Below are positions 29,303 to 38,041 of a stretch of DNA of 64,000 nt, in pieces. The DNA comes from Planctomycetota bacterium (GTDB taxonomy: Bacteria; Planctomycetota; GCA-002687715; DRQF01): the NCBI GenBank assembly GCA_027001995.1, contig JALTLO010000177.1:39814-103813 (forward strand), given 5' to 3'. The first letter of the stretch is position 1, and every line of letters starts with the position of its first letter. Below the pieces are notes generated by a model. It was not told where the DNA came from. It ran no database searches and saw nothing but the letters and a program-made list of their open reading frames with translations. The translations under genes and the position numbers were made by a program.

Positions 29303-29524
29303 ATGGTCAACAATAACAAAAGTAAACCCAGTGTCGGTTTGGCGCGCTTTCATAAGCTGACGATCGGAGCCGGGCTCCTGTGCATGATGTACATGATCTG
29401 GCGCTATTGGCACCTCTATCAATTCTCAGGCGAGAATCACCATTTGGCCTACGCTTCGGTGACCACCATGCTTTTCATGGCCATGACTGCATATCTTTGG
29501 CGTTTCAACAATAAAACTCTTTAA
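29303..29524 (+). CDS. Small two-TM membrane protein
   Basis: 73 aa ORF with two hydrophobic helices in an otherwise unoccupied gap. Confidence 0.55.
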   Translation: MVNNNKSKPSVGLARFHKLTIGAGLLCMMYMIWRYWHLYQFSGENHHLAYASVTTMLFMAMTAYLWRFNNKTL

Positions 29525-29772
29525 CAGGCACGATGCAGTCGAGGGGTGTGTCACCCAGGGCTGAAAACGGTGACTTCATGCCCTGGAGGATTCACGGTTT
29601 CGAGGACAGATCGAAAATGGCTTCGAGCTGGGAGTCGAAACGGGGTTCGGTTTTGAGTGGTAGGCCCATAGGAAGAATAGGTGCGGTAACTTCGTTTTCA
29701 CATGGTTGCAGCAGATAATGTAATCTGCCATTCTCAGTCAAGGCAATAGAATCACTCATACGAGGTAAACCT

Positions 29773-30230
29773 ATGAGAACTGTAGAGTCCGTCGCATGTT
29801 TGTTTTTGGTCATAGCCCTGCTGTTCGTGATGGGGCATGCTCAGGCGGCGATGGCTTAAACTTCTGACGGTGACAGTGTGGAAGACTATCTTGGCATTTC
29901 AGTCAGCCATGTTGGTGACGTGAATGGGGATGGCTTCACCGATCTCATTGTTGCTGTTCATTGGGATGACGGTAGCGGACCTGATAGCGGCAGTGCCCGG
30001 GGTCTTCTTGGCACCGACCTTGGCGGTCATTTAGTCCCCACGGAAACGACCTGCTCTCACGACCTTGATCTGAACTGTTTCCAGGATACCGCAGATCCAT
30101 TGGCAGTCACAGGGCTCTTGTCTGTGATGGAGTAACTCCTCGTGGGCTAAGCGTCATTGGTTGGTTGGAGCTTTGCTCAAGCTGATTTCTCGTTATTCGG
30201 CTATCTGCCCTTGCTCATTGCCATCGCCTC
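29773..30230 (+). pseudogene. Degenerate, internally collapsed duplicate of the downstream FG-GAP gene
   Basis: MRTVESVACLFLVIALLFVMGHAQAAMA-stop matches the signal peptide MNTLKFVVCLFLVMAV…YAQ. One FG-GAP repeat follows, then a frameshifted C-terminal domain (ACGGAAACGACC…GCAGATCCAT…TCTGTGATGGA…TTGCTCATTGCCATCG shared with 31717-31900). Confidence 0.88.
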
Positions 30231-30405
30231 ATGTCGCCTTGTGATCTGCCCTTGAGTGTGAGGACCTCATGAAAAGGACATGTGTGGTATGAAAAATTCT
30301 TCTTTCGTGCCAGAAAATGGGGGACTTGCTAAATTATGGATCTGTGACCGTATAGGAAGATTCGAGAAGAGCGCAAAGAGAAGATGATCATGAGGGGAGC
30401 AGTCT

Positions 30406-32079
30406 ATGAATACTCTAAAGTTTGTTGTGTGTTTGTTCTTGGTGATGGCCGTGATGGGGGGCGTGAGTTACGCTCAGGTGACGGTCGGCTACACTTTTAA
30501 CGGTGACAGTGTGAATGATTTCTCTGGCTATTCAGTCAGCAACGCTGGAGACGTGAATGGAGATGGTTTCGCCGATCTCATTGTTGGTGCCTCTGGAGAT
30601 GACAACAACGGAATCGACAGCGGTAGCGCCCGGGTTTTTTCTGGTTTCGATGGCAGTGTCCTCTACACCTTTGATGGTGATAGTGCGAACGATTACTTTG
30701 GTTATTCAGTCAGTAGCGCTGGAGACGTGAATGGGGATGGTTTTGCTGACTTCATTGTTGGTGCCTATGGAGACGCCAACAACGGAACTGAAAGCGGCGG
30801 TGCCCGAGTTTTTTCTGGTTTCGACGGCAGTACTCTCTATACCTTCGACGGTGACAGTGCGTTCGATAGATTCGGCTTTTCAGTTAGCGATGCTGGAGAC
30901 GTGAATGGGGATGGTTTTGCTGACCTTATCGTTGGTGCCTATGGAGACGATAATAACGGCGCTGTAAGCGGCAGCGCGCGGGTTTTCTCAGGCTTCGACG
31001 GCAGTATTCTCTACACATTTGACGGTGACGGTGTGGGCGATTTCTTTGGTCGATCAGTCAGCAATGCTGGAGACGTAAATAGGGACGGTTTCGCTGACCT
31101 TATTGTTGGTGCCGTTGGGGACGACAACAACGGAACCAATAGCGGTATTGCCCGGGTTTTTTCTGGTTTGGACGGCAGTATTCTCTACAACTTTGAGGGT
31201 GACAGTGTGGGTGACAACTTTGGTCAATCAGTCAGTCATGCCGGAGACGTGAATGGAGACGGCTTTGCTGATCTCATTGTTGGCGCCTATTTGGACGACA
31301 ACAACGGAAATGAAAGTGGCAGTGTCCGGGTTTTTTCTGGTTTGGACGGCAGTATCCTCTACAACTTTGACGGAGACAGCGCGGAGGATTACTTTGGAGT
31401 TTCAGTCAGCCATGCTGGAGACGTGAATGGCGATGGGTTTGCTGACCTCATTGTTGGTGCCCATGGAGACAACAACAACGGAAATGAAAGTGGCAGTGCC
31501 CGGGTTTTTTCTGGTTTGGACGGCAGTATCCTCCATACCTTTGACGGTAGCAGTGGATTCGATTTCTTTGGCTTTTCAGTCAGTAGTGCTGGAGACGTGA
31601 ATGGGGATGGCTTCGCTGACCTCATTGTTGGCGCTTATGGAGACGATAGCAACGGCCTTGATAGCGGCAGCGCCCGGGTTTTGTTGGCGCCGACCTTACC
31701 TGTCCTTAAGTACCGCACGGAAACGACCTTTTCTCATGGCCTTGATTTGAATTGGTTCCCGGATGCCGCAGATCCATCGGCAGTCACAGGTACTCTTGTC
31801 TGTGATGGAGGAACTCCCGGTGGTTTTGGGGTCAAATTGCGGAGTTTCGCTCGCATTGACTTCTTGGCATTCGGGAATCTGCCTTTGCTCATTGCCATCG
31901 ACTCTATCAATTTCCTTGACAGTCAGAATTTGAGTTTCGATGGCATGGGTGAGTTTACGATTTCCGGTGCTTCCCGCAAGAATCCTGTCTTGGCGGGTTT
32001 CGATGTCTACTTGCAGATCTTTGAAATAAGCCCAGTGATTTCCTCCTCTCCAGGATTACGCTTTGCGGTGGCACCTTAG
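30406..32079 (+). CDS. Exported FG-GAP/integrin-alpha seven-bladed beta-propeller protein with C-terminal domain
   Basis: Signal peptide and seven repeats with consensus SVSxAGDVNGDGFADLIVGA…SGSARVFSG. Confidence 0.95.
   Translation: MNTLKFVVCLFLVMAVMGGVSYAQVTVGYTFNGDSVNDFSGYSVSNAGDVNGDGFADLIVGASGDDNNGIDSGSARVFSGFDGSVLYTFDGDSANDYFGYSVSSAGDVNGDGFADFIVGAYGDANNGTESGGARVFSGFDGSTLYTFDGDSAFDRFGFSVSDAGDVNGDGFADLIVGAYGDDNNGAVSGSARVFSGFDGSILYTFDGDGVGDFFGRSVSNAGDVNRDGFADLIVGAVGDDNNGTNSGIARVFSGLDGSILYNFEGDSVGDNFGQSVSHAGDVNGDGFADLIVGAYLDDNNGNESGSVRVFSGLDGSILYNFDGDSAEDYFGVSVSHAGDVNGDGFADLIVGAHGDNNNGNESGSARVFSGLDGSILHTFDGSSGFDFFGFSVSSAGDVNGDGFADLIVGAYGDDSNGLDSGSARVLLAPTLPVLKYRTETTFSHGLDLNWFPDAADPSAVTGTLVCDGGTPGGFGVKLRSFARIDFLAFGNLPLLIAIDSINFLDSQNLSFDGMGEFTISGASRKNPVLAGFDVYLQIFEISPVISSSPGLRFAVAP
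30528..31690 (+). repeat. Seven tandem 174 nt (58 aa) FG-GAP coding repeats
   Basis: GGAGACGTGAATGG…GATGG…GCTGA…CATTGTTGGTGCC recurs every 174 nt. Confidence 0.95.
31690..32079 (+). other. Shared C-terminal domain, copy in FG-GAP protein 1
   Basis: …NLPLLIA…DGMGEF…KNPVLAGFDVYLQIFEISPVISSSPGLRFAVAP-stop. Confidence 0.65.
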
Positions 32080-32188
32080 ACTTGGCGCCTCAAGCTATTC
32101 ATGACTCGTGGTCGTCATGAAAGATCACCAATAGAAGGGGATCGATCATGCAATCCGTTAGGTTTGCCTACTTCGACCGCGACTTCAT

Positions 32189-32214
32189 GAAAGACAGATC
32201 TCGGGCTGTCTTTC
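32189..32214. terminator. Hairpin between the convergent FG-GAP and gdh genes (possible terminator)
   Basis: 9 bp stem GAAAGACAG/CTGTCTTTC. Confidence 0.5.
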
Positions 32215-32230
32215 TGGAACCAGGATGTCT

Positions 32231-32268
32231 CAAACAACAACGATCATGCCGTGAGTCGGCATGATCGT
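32231..32268 (-). terminator. Probable intrinsic terminator of gdh
   Basis: Perfect 12 bp stem ACGATCATGCCG/CGGCATGATCGT followed by TGTTGTTTG on the minus strand. Confidence 0.7.
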
Positions 32269-32294
32269 CTTCAATTCTCTTGCTTAGATCTGGG

Positions 32295-35240
32295 CTAACC
32301 TCCCAGAGTGGAGAGAATACCGGCTCGCTCGAGAATCTTGGCGATCCTCATCTTGTGAGGCAGATCACTGGCTGCAACTTCTTGGGCCAGTTCCTCTCGC
32401 TCAGTTTCTAAGCGCAGGTATTCTACGGCCAACCGCCCGATAGCTCGTTCAGAAATTGATTCCAAATATTCGAATCCTTCCCGGTAAACGAGCCTTGCGG
32501 CCAAAGATTTGGCCATGATCCATTCTAAGTAGGCTGGAGGCATTTCGTCCCATACCCGGTCTCCCGCTTTCTCCAAAAGAGCATTGGGCAAGTGGCTTGT
32601 GACTAGACGCTTCATCAATGCGGGATCTGTGTCGTTGGTAGCGGTGATTGCGCTATGAATGGCATCGGCAGTACGGATCACCACCCGGCTGAGGCGAATG
32701 GACAACTCAAAGAGTGGTGTTTCCGCATGGTGTTTGCTCATCCTGAGCAGCAATTCAGCTTCTCTGCGGGCTAACTCTCGGAGTTTCGTTAGTATTTGTT
32801 CGATGAAGGTTGTCTTGATTTCCAAGAATTCGTCTTCACTGAGGATCATACTGGCGGCGATCTCAAAGCTCGACGTAATAACGCCGCATTTATTGGCGGA
32901 GCTGTCTTTGATGATGATGACGCCAGCATCCGACAAGGCACGTCGGGCTTCTGTCGTGAGAAACAGGTTTGCACCTTCGACAATGACCTTGCTGGCGGGA
33001 ACGCCGTCTTCGTCCAAGAAGTCTTGCCAATTGGACTCATGGATAGTTGCTGGCCGACCACCTGCAGGAATGAAGGCGTCCGACTTGATGCGGTTGTGCA
33101 TGTTGTTTCGAGCTTGGACGCCTTCCGGGTCACCTACTTCGATGATACGACCTTGTGCTCCCAACTTGCTGGTATCGAAAGAAGAAATGGGAAGTCCTTC
33201 GCGGAACAAGCGGAGTAATTCCTGATGATCCAAACCGTCGGGGTCCTCGCCGCAGCCAGAACCGTCGGCAATGCCAATGATCTTGGCGTTCTCGCCATAG
33301 TCCCGGTTGAGGATGCGGATCTCGTTGCCGGCAACATCGCCATCTGGACCGCCGGTTATCTTGACGGTAAAGGTGTCTTTGTCTGGATTGATCCCAATGT
33401 GGCGCAGGGAAGAATCGAGGAAAACAGTGACTCCTTCACTGGTGACGCCGTACGTTTTGTGGTTGATACCAGCACCAGGTTTGGAGCTCATGAAAGCGTT
33501 CGGCGTCGGATAGTTTCGTCTCTTGGCTCGGGCGGCAATCCACTCAATGAGATCGGGTGTAATGTTTTCATCAGGGCCCAAGTACAAGAGCTCCGGACTG
33601 CCAAAGTAATCAACCAAGGAATCTTCGCTATCCTCTCCCGGCGCGATGAGATCTAAGAGTCCATCGACGAAAGCCTTGACACAACGATTGACCGGTGTGT
33701 CCGGCTCCAAGAGAACAACAGCTTTTGAACCACCTTCTGGGATGTCTTTGTTCTTCAATTGTTGAGCGAAAGCTAAGCCGTAAACTTCGTCGTAGAGGCG
33801 GTTGACTTCCCGTGAATGTTGATCGGCACCGATGGTGCGGACGCAACGGACACCACCCCGAGCGATGTCGCGGAAGCGGACGTGAAAGCCATTGAATGAA
33901 CGTCCATGAATGAAGAATACACCGAAGGGCAATTCGGGACGATCTTCAGAAACCAGAAGCTTGGGGTCGATCCGCATCGCCAAAGCGAAACGATTCTGCT
34001 TGAAGACGTTGGTTCGCATGACTCCTGAAACAGCTTTGATCAGGGTGTCCAGCATGACCCGTTCTGATTCCAAGTCGACTGTTGTCTCGATGCGTTGACG
34101 AAGGGCATCGGTTGTCTCTTGGAATTCTTCGTCCAGCATGGGACGTTTGGCATTGAATCGTAAGAGGAATATATCGACGATTTCGGACGTGAATTGATAG
34201 TTTTTTTCGGCGCTCTTGAGAATCTGGTCCCGATCAAATGCCGCGTGATTGCTCTTCACCAACATGTGATGCGCCAAATGGCAGAGGGCCATAATGACTT
34301 CTGCCCGGGTGAGGCTTAGTCCTTCGTGACGATAGGCCAAGAAAAGAGTGTTGACGTCAATCCATTTGAGACGTTGAAGATCTTTGTGGACGGAGATCCA
34401 CAATTCTGAATTCTCGTCCAGAGGTTTGCCGTCCGGTCCATGAACAACAAAGCCCATAGTGTTGACCTTACCGTGTTCCTTGTCGTCCAAAACGTCCAAG
34501 TATGCGCGATCGACTTTGATTCCTGCGCGGCCTAAACGGGTGTTGATTCGGCGAAACATGCGATAAGGGGCGCAGTTTGAAATCGTGACCACCACACGGC
34601 TGTAACCTGGGTCAAGTTCCTGCTCCAAGGCGACGGTGGCCAAGTCTGTGCCACTGACCGCTTTGAAGTAGTCCCACTTGCGTGCGATTCGAAGAGGGGT
34701 CAAGACATTGACGTAGTTCTCCGGACAGCGTTCCAAGTGTTCCTTGACCTCGTCTTTGGTGATTTCTGGGTCGAGAGTTCGGATGTACTCATAGACTTCT
34801 TGGAGTTTTTCGCAGTTCTTCTCGCCGACGGCTTCAAATACCTGGGTCTTGCCGAAAGAAAAAGTCACGATAATGAGCTTGTTATCCGTTGCCGTGTGGA
34901 TCTTTGCGGAACGCAAATTGAGATGTTCAGGCAGGGCCTTCATGTACTCAGAGAGAATTCCAGGATAATTCTCTGGTCCCATGAACGTCCATTGCTCGCG
35001 CTCATCATCCCGCAACACCATGTCGATGGGACGACCAGATGCTTTGGCTGCCAGGAGGGCACGGAGATGACGCAGGCGTTCCCGTGGCCCGGTATCTTGG
35101 AAATACATCTGGGGCATATTGTCGAAGAACCAGGGGACCACCTCTTCGGCTGTTTGGCGTAAACTCTGGGTGAGTTCATCGACAACGGATTGGGGATCAG
35201 TTTGTTCTTGGTTGGCTGGGGCGTTGGTGTTGTGGTCCAT
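32295..35240 (-). CDS. gdh: Large NAD-specific glutamate dehydrogenase (GDH2-like, ~110 kDa)
   Basis: HVRFRDIARGGVR, QQLKNKDIPEGGSK, LYLGPDEN, INHKTYGVTSEGV, GGPDGDVAGN, EGANLF, DSSANKCGVITSSFE. Confidence 0.93.
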   Translation of the reverse strand: MDHNTNAPANQEQTDPQSVVDELTQSLRQTAEEVVPWFFDNMPQMYFQDTGPRERLRHLRALLAAKASGRPIDMVLRDDEREQWTFMGPENYPGILSEYMKALPEHLNLRSAKIHTATDNKLIIVTFSFGKTQVFEAVGEKNCEKLQEVYEYIRTLDPEITKDEVKEHLERCPENYVNVLTPLRIARKWDYFKAVSGTDLATVALEQELDPGYSRVVVTISNCAPYRMFRRINTRLGRAGIKVDRAYLDVLDDKEHGKVNTMGFVVHGPDGKPLDENSELWISVHKDLQRLKWIDVNTLFLAYRHEGLSLTRAEVIMALCHLAHHMLVKSNHAAFDRDQILKSAEKNYQFTSEIVDIFLLRFNAKRPMLDEEFQETTDALRQRIETTVDLESERVMLDTLIKAVSGVMRTNVFKQNRFALAMRIDPKLLVSEDRPELPFGVFFIHGRSFNGFHVRFRDIARGGVRCVRTIGADQHSREVNRLYDEVYGLAFAQQLKNKDIPEGGSKAVVLLEPDTPVNRCVKAFVDGLLDLIAPGEDSEDSLVDYFGSPELLYLGPDENITPDLIEWIAARAKRRNYPTPNAFMSSKPGAGINHKTYGVTSEGVTVFLDSSLRHIGINPDKDTFTVKITGGPDGDVAGNEIRILNRDYGENAKIIGIADGSGCGEDPDGLDHQELLRLFREGLPISSFDTSKLGAQGRIIEVGDPEGVQARNNMHNRIKSDAFIPAGGRPATIHESNWQDFLDEDGVPASKVIVEGANLFLTTEARRALSDAGVIIIKDSSANKCGVITSSFEIAASMILSEDEFLEIKTTFIEQILTKLRELARREAELLLRMSKHHAETPLFELSIRLSRVVIRTADAIHSAITATNDTDPALMKRLVTSHLPNALLEKAGDRVWDEMPPAYLEWIMAKSLAARLVYREGFEYLESISERAIGRLAVEYLRLETEREELAQEVAASDLPHKMRIAKILERAGILSTLGG

Positions 35241-35453
35241 AACTCAGTCTTTTTTTGGAGCATTGGATGTGTCAATAGCGTGATCTTCGCACATTTCGGC
35301 CCGTCAATCACATTTGAATAATTACCAACAGTTGAGGCGCCGACAAACGAGGATTTTGAATTCACTCCGATTTGAGTTTAGACGCAAAATTCGTCCCTTG
35401 ATGCTGAATTTTAGGGGTGTTGAATTTGGGCAGTATTATCTATTCTCTGCCTT

Positions 35454-36242
35454 ATGAGAATCGTCACTTGGAATGTAAATTCAATAAGGGTCCGCCTTCA
35501 GCGGGTCAAGGCCTGGTTGGCAGCAGAACAACCAGATGCGCTTTGTCTTCAAGAACTGAAAGTTGAAGACGGGGCTTTTCCTCACGCTGAGTTTGAGGAG
35601 GTGGGCTATCGGGCGGTGACTCATGGCCAGAAGACCTACAATGGGGTAGCCATCTTGACCAAAGATGAGCCCCAGGACGTAGTGATTGGCTTAGATGACG
35701 GTGTTGATGACTCCCAAGCCCGGCTCATTGCGGCCACGGTCAACGGCGTGCGGGTCATTGGGGGATATTTTCCCAACGGCGGCACTTTAGATTCGGACAA
35801 GTACCCCTATAAATTGGCCTGGTTGTCTCGGTTGCGCAAGTATTTGGAGACGCGGCACAATCCAGAGGAAGATCTGGTTCTTTGCGGCGACTTCAATGTG
35901 GCTATGGACGAGCGCGACATGAAGAATGTCGACAAATGGCGTGGGGGCGTGCTCTTCAATGAAGAAGTCGTTGGGCGGGTTCAAGATTTACTTGATTGGG
36001 GGTTGGTGGATAGTTTTCGCCAATTGCATGAAGATGGGGGGATGTTCTCATGGTGGGACTACCGAGGTTTGTCCTTTCCGAAAAACGATGGCCTGAGGAT
36101 TGACCATCTCTTCATCACCAAGCCCCTCTTAGGCCAGTTGAAGAATGTGCGTATCGATCGCGATCAGAGGAAAAAAGGTGCTTGTCCAGAGGGCTCCAAA
36201 GCTTCGGACCACGCGCCGGTGATCCTGGACTTGGATCGATAG
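35454..36242 (+). CDS. xth: Exodeoxyribonuclease III / AP endonuclease
   Basis: TWNVNSIR, CLQELK, YNGVAI, YFPNG, GDFNVA, SWWDYR, RIDH, SDHAPV. Confidence 0.96.
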   Translation: MRIVTWNVNSIRVRLQRVKAWLAAEQPDALCLQELKVEDGAFPHAEFEEVGYRAVTHGQKTYNGVAILTKDEPQDVVIGLDDGVDDSQARLIAATVNGVRVIGGYFPNGGTLDSDKYPYKLAWLSRLRKYLETRHNPEEDLVLCGDFNVAMDERDMKNVDKWRGGVLFNEEVVGRVQDLLDWGLVDSFRQLHEDGGMFSWWDYRGLSFPKNDGLRIDHLFITKPLLGQLKNVRIDRDQRKKGACPEGSKASDHAPVILDLDR

Positions 36243-36245
36243 GCC

Positions 36246-36965
36246 ATGGCCACTTCTTGGAAACGGATCGTTGACGAGATGAACACGGACCTAGCTTCCT
36301 TGTCATTCGCTGAACCCGTTAGCTGGATCTATAATCCCCTTGAATATGCCAGACGGGCCCACAATCAATTCATTCGACGATTTGGCCAAGGCCGGAAGGA
36401 GGCCATTTTCTTGGGGATGAACCCGGGGCCCTATGGCATGGCCCAAACCGGAATCCCATTCGGCGAAATAGCCCATGTCCGAGATTGGATGGGCATCAAG
36501 GGACCCATCGGAAAGCCGAATTCGGAGCATCCCAAACGCCCGATTCAAGGTTTTGATTGTCCTCGGAGTGAGGTCAGTGGTCGGCGCCTCTGGGCGTTTT
36601 TCGCCGAGTTTTATCCGAAACCAGAAGACTTCTTTGAGCGCTTCTTTGTGGTCAATTACTGCCCTTTGGTGTTCATGGAAGACGGCGGCAAGAATCGTAC
36701 ACCAGACAAATTACCTCGATCTGAGCGAGAAAACCTCTTTGCCATTTGCGATTTGGCCCTGCAGCGTATTGTTGAAAGGGTCAAGCCGGAACGGGTGATT
36801 GGAGTTGGGCGATTCGCCACAGACCGGGCGTTGGCGGCTCTTTCTTCTCATAACTTATTGGTAAGTAATATCTTACATCCAAGTCCTGCTAGTCCAGTAG
36901 CGAACCGCGGTTGGGCTGCTCAAGCTCAGAAGCAACTTGAGGCCATGGGAATTCGGCTCCCATAG
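36246..36965 (+). CDS. smug1: Single-strand-selective monofunctional uracil-DNA glycosylase (UDG family 3, SMUG1)
   Basis: YNPLEYA, GMNPGPYGMAQTGIPFG, SEVSGRRLW, NYCPL, HPSP. Confidence 0.93.
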   Translation: MATSWKRIVDEMNTDLASLSFAEPVSWIYNPLEYARRAHNQFIRRFGQGRKEAIFLGMNPGPYGMAQTGIPFGEIAHVRDWMGIKGPIGKPNSEHPKRPIQGFDCPRSEVSGRRLWAFFAEFYPKPEDFFERFFVVNYCPLVFMEDGGKNRTPDKLPRSERENLFAICDLALQRIVERVKPERVIGVGRFATDRALAALSSHNLLVSNILHPSPASPVANRGWAAQAQKQLEAMGIRLP

Positions 36966-37019
36966 CGATTTGTGGCATAAAGTCCTTGCTCATGACGAGC
37001 AGATCCTTACTCTCTCATC

Positions 37020-37637
37020 ATGCAACGTGTTCGACCCACAGACCGTCATCCACCGAGTCATAGAAGAACTTCATCGGGGGCCGCTCTAGACGACCTCAAG
37101 TTCATTCGTGAGACCATGGAACGTTCCCAGGCATTTACCGCTTTGCCTGGGCGTGGTGGTGTCCTCATCGGGGCAACCGCACTCATTGCATCGATTGTTG
37201 CTTCACGTCAGACCCAAGATGCGGCATGGATCATGGTTTGGATCATTGAAGCCATGGTGGCTGCATGTATCGCTTTGATCTCTCTGACGAAGAAAGCTCA
37301 TAATTCTGGGCTGAGTTTGTCCCGGGGACCTGGCCGGAGGTTCTTGTTGAGCATGGGCCCTGCGATTTTCGCAGGGTTCTTACTGACTGCATCTTTGCAC
37401 GGGGCGGGGCATTTTGACTCGATTCCTGGCATGTGGCTATTGCTCTACGGTGCGGCGATTATCGCCGCAGGTACGTTTTCTGTCCCGGCTGTTCCCACTA
37501 TGGGAGCATGCTTCATGGCCTTGGGCATGGTGGCAACTTTCGGACCAGAGGTTTGGTTCAACGAGTGCATGGCACTCGGATTCGGTGGCCTGCATATTGG
37601 CTTCGGAATTCTTATTGCGAGGAGATACGGTGGTTAG
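37020..37637 (+). CDS. Six-TM membrane protein
   Basis: ALDDLKFIRETMERS, WLLLYG, GFGGLHIGFG. Overlaps the start of the downstream regulator. Confidence 0.8.
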   Translation: MQRVRPTDRHPPSHRRTSSGAALDDLKFIRETMERSQAFTALPGRGGVLIGATALIASIVASRQTQDAAWIMVWIIEAMVAACIALISLTKKAHNSGLSLSRGPGRRFLLSMGPAIFAGFLLTASLHGAGHFDSIPGMWLLLYGAAIIAAGTFSVPAVPTMGACFMALGMVATFGPEVWFNECMALGFGGLHIGFGILIARRYGG

Positions 37638-38007
37638 GAAGGCAAAAGAAAAAACTGGTCCTTTACTTCGAACGAAACGTCGAAATGATGGGGCCAATTC
37701 TCCGGTGGCCCCAGTCCCTGAGCTCAACCGACTCATTCACGAGCGCATGCGCCTTGGCATCATGAGCGCTCTTGCGGTTCACGATTCCTTGAGCTTTCAA
37801 GAACTCAAGGATGTTCTCCAAGCAACGGACGGCAACTTGAGCGTCCACGCGAGGAAACTAGAAGGAGCCGGTTACTTAGAATGCAACAAGACTTTTGTTG
37901 GTCGTATGCCGAAGACGGAATACAGCCTCAGCAAGACCGGGCGCCATGAGTTAGAAAACTACTTAGGCCACATGGAATCCTTGATCGAAGCAACCCGCCG
38001 TCCTTAA
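37630..38007 (+). CDS. Winged-helix transcriptional regulator (HTH_34/ArsR-MarR-like)
   Basis: LIHERMRLGIMSAL, TDGNLSVHARKLE, PKTEYSLS. GTG start at 37630 after GAGGAG. Confidence 0.88.
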   Translation: MVRKAKEKTGPLLRTKRRNDGANSPVAPVPELNRLIHERMRLGIMSALAVHDSLSFQELKDVLQATDGNLSVHARKLEGAGYLECNKTFVGRMPKTEYSLSKTGRHELENYLGHMESLIEATRRP

Positions 38008-38041
38008 GCCCGACTTATTGGTGAGTCGGAGATTGTTCGGT

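Noticed and set aside
30528..31690. Regular repeats as a possible CRISPR array or DGR template/variable repeat pair
   Set aside because: The period is 174 nt, in frame and protein-coding, with no unique spacers. There is no cas or reverse transcriptase gene in the window.
37414..37629. Long overlap of the regulator ORF with the upstream membrane gene
   Set aside because: GTG 37630 with a GAGGAG RBS gives a normal-sized wHTH protein, so the extension is spurious.
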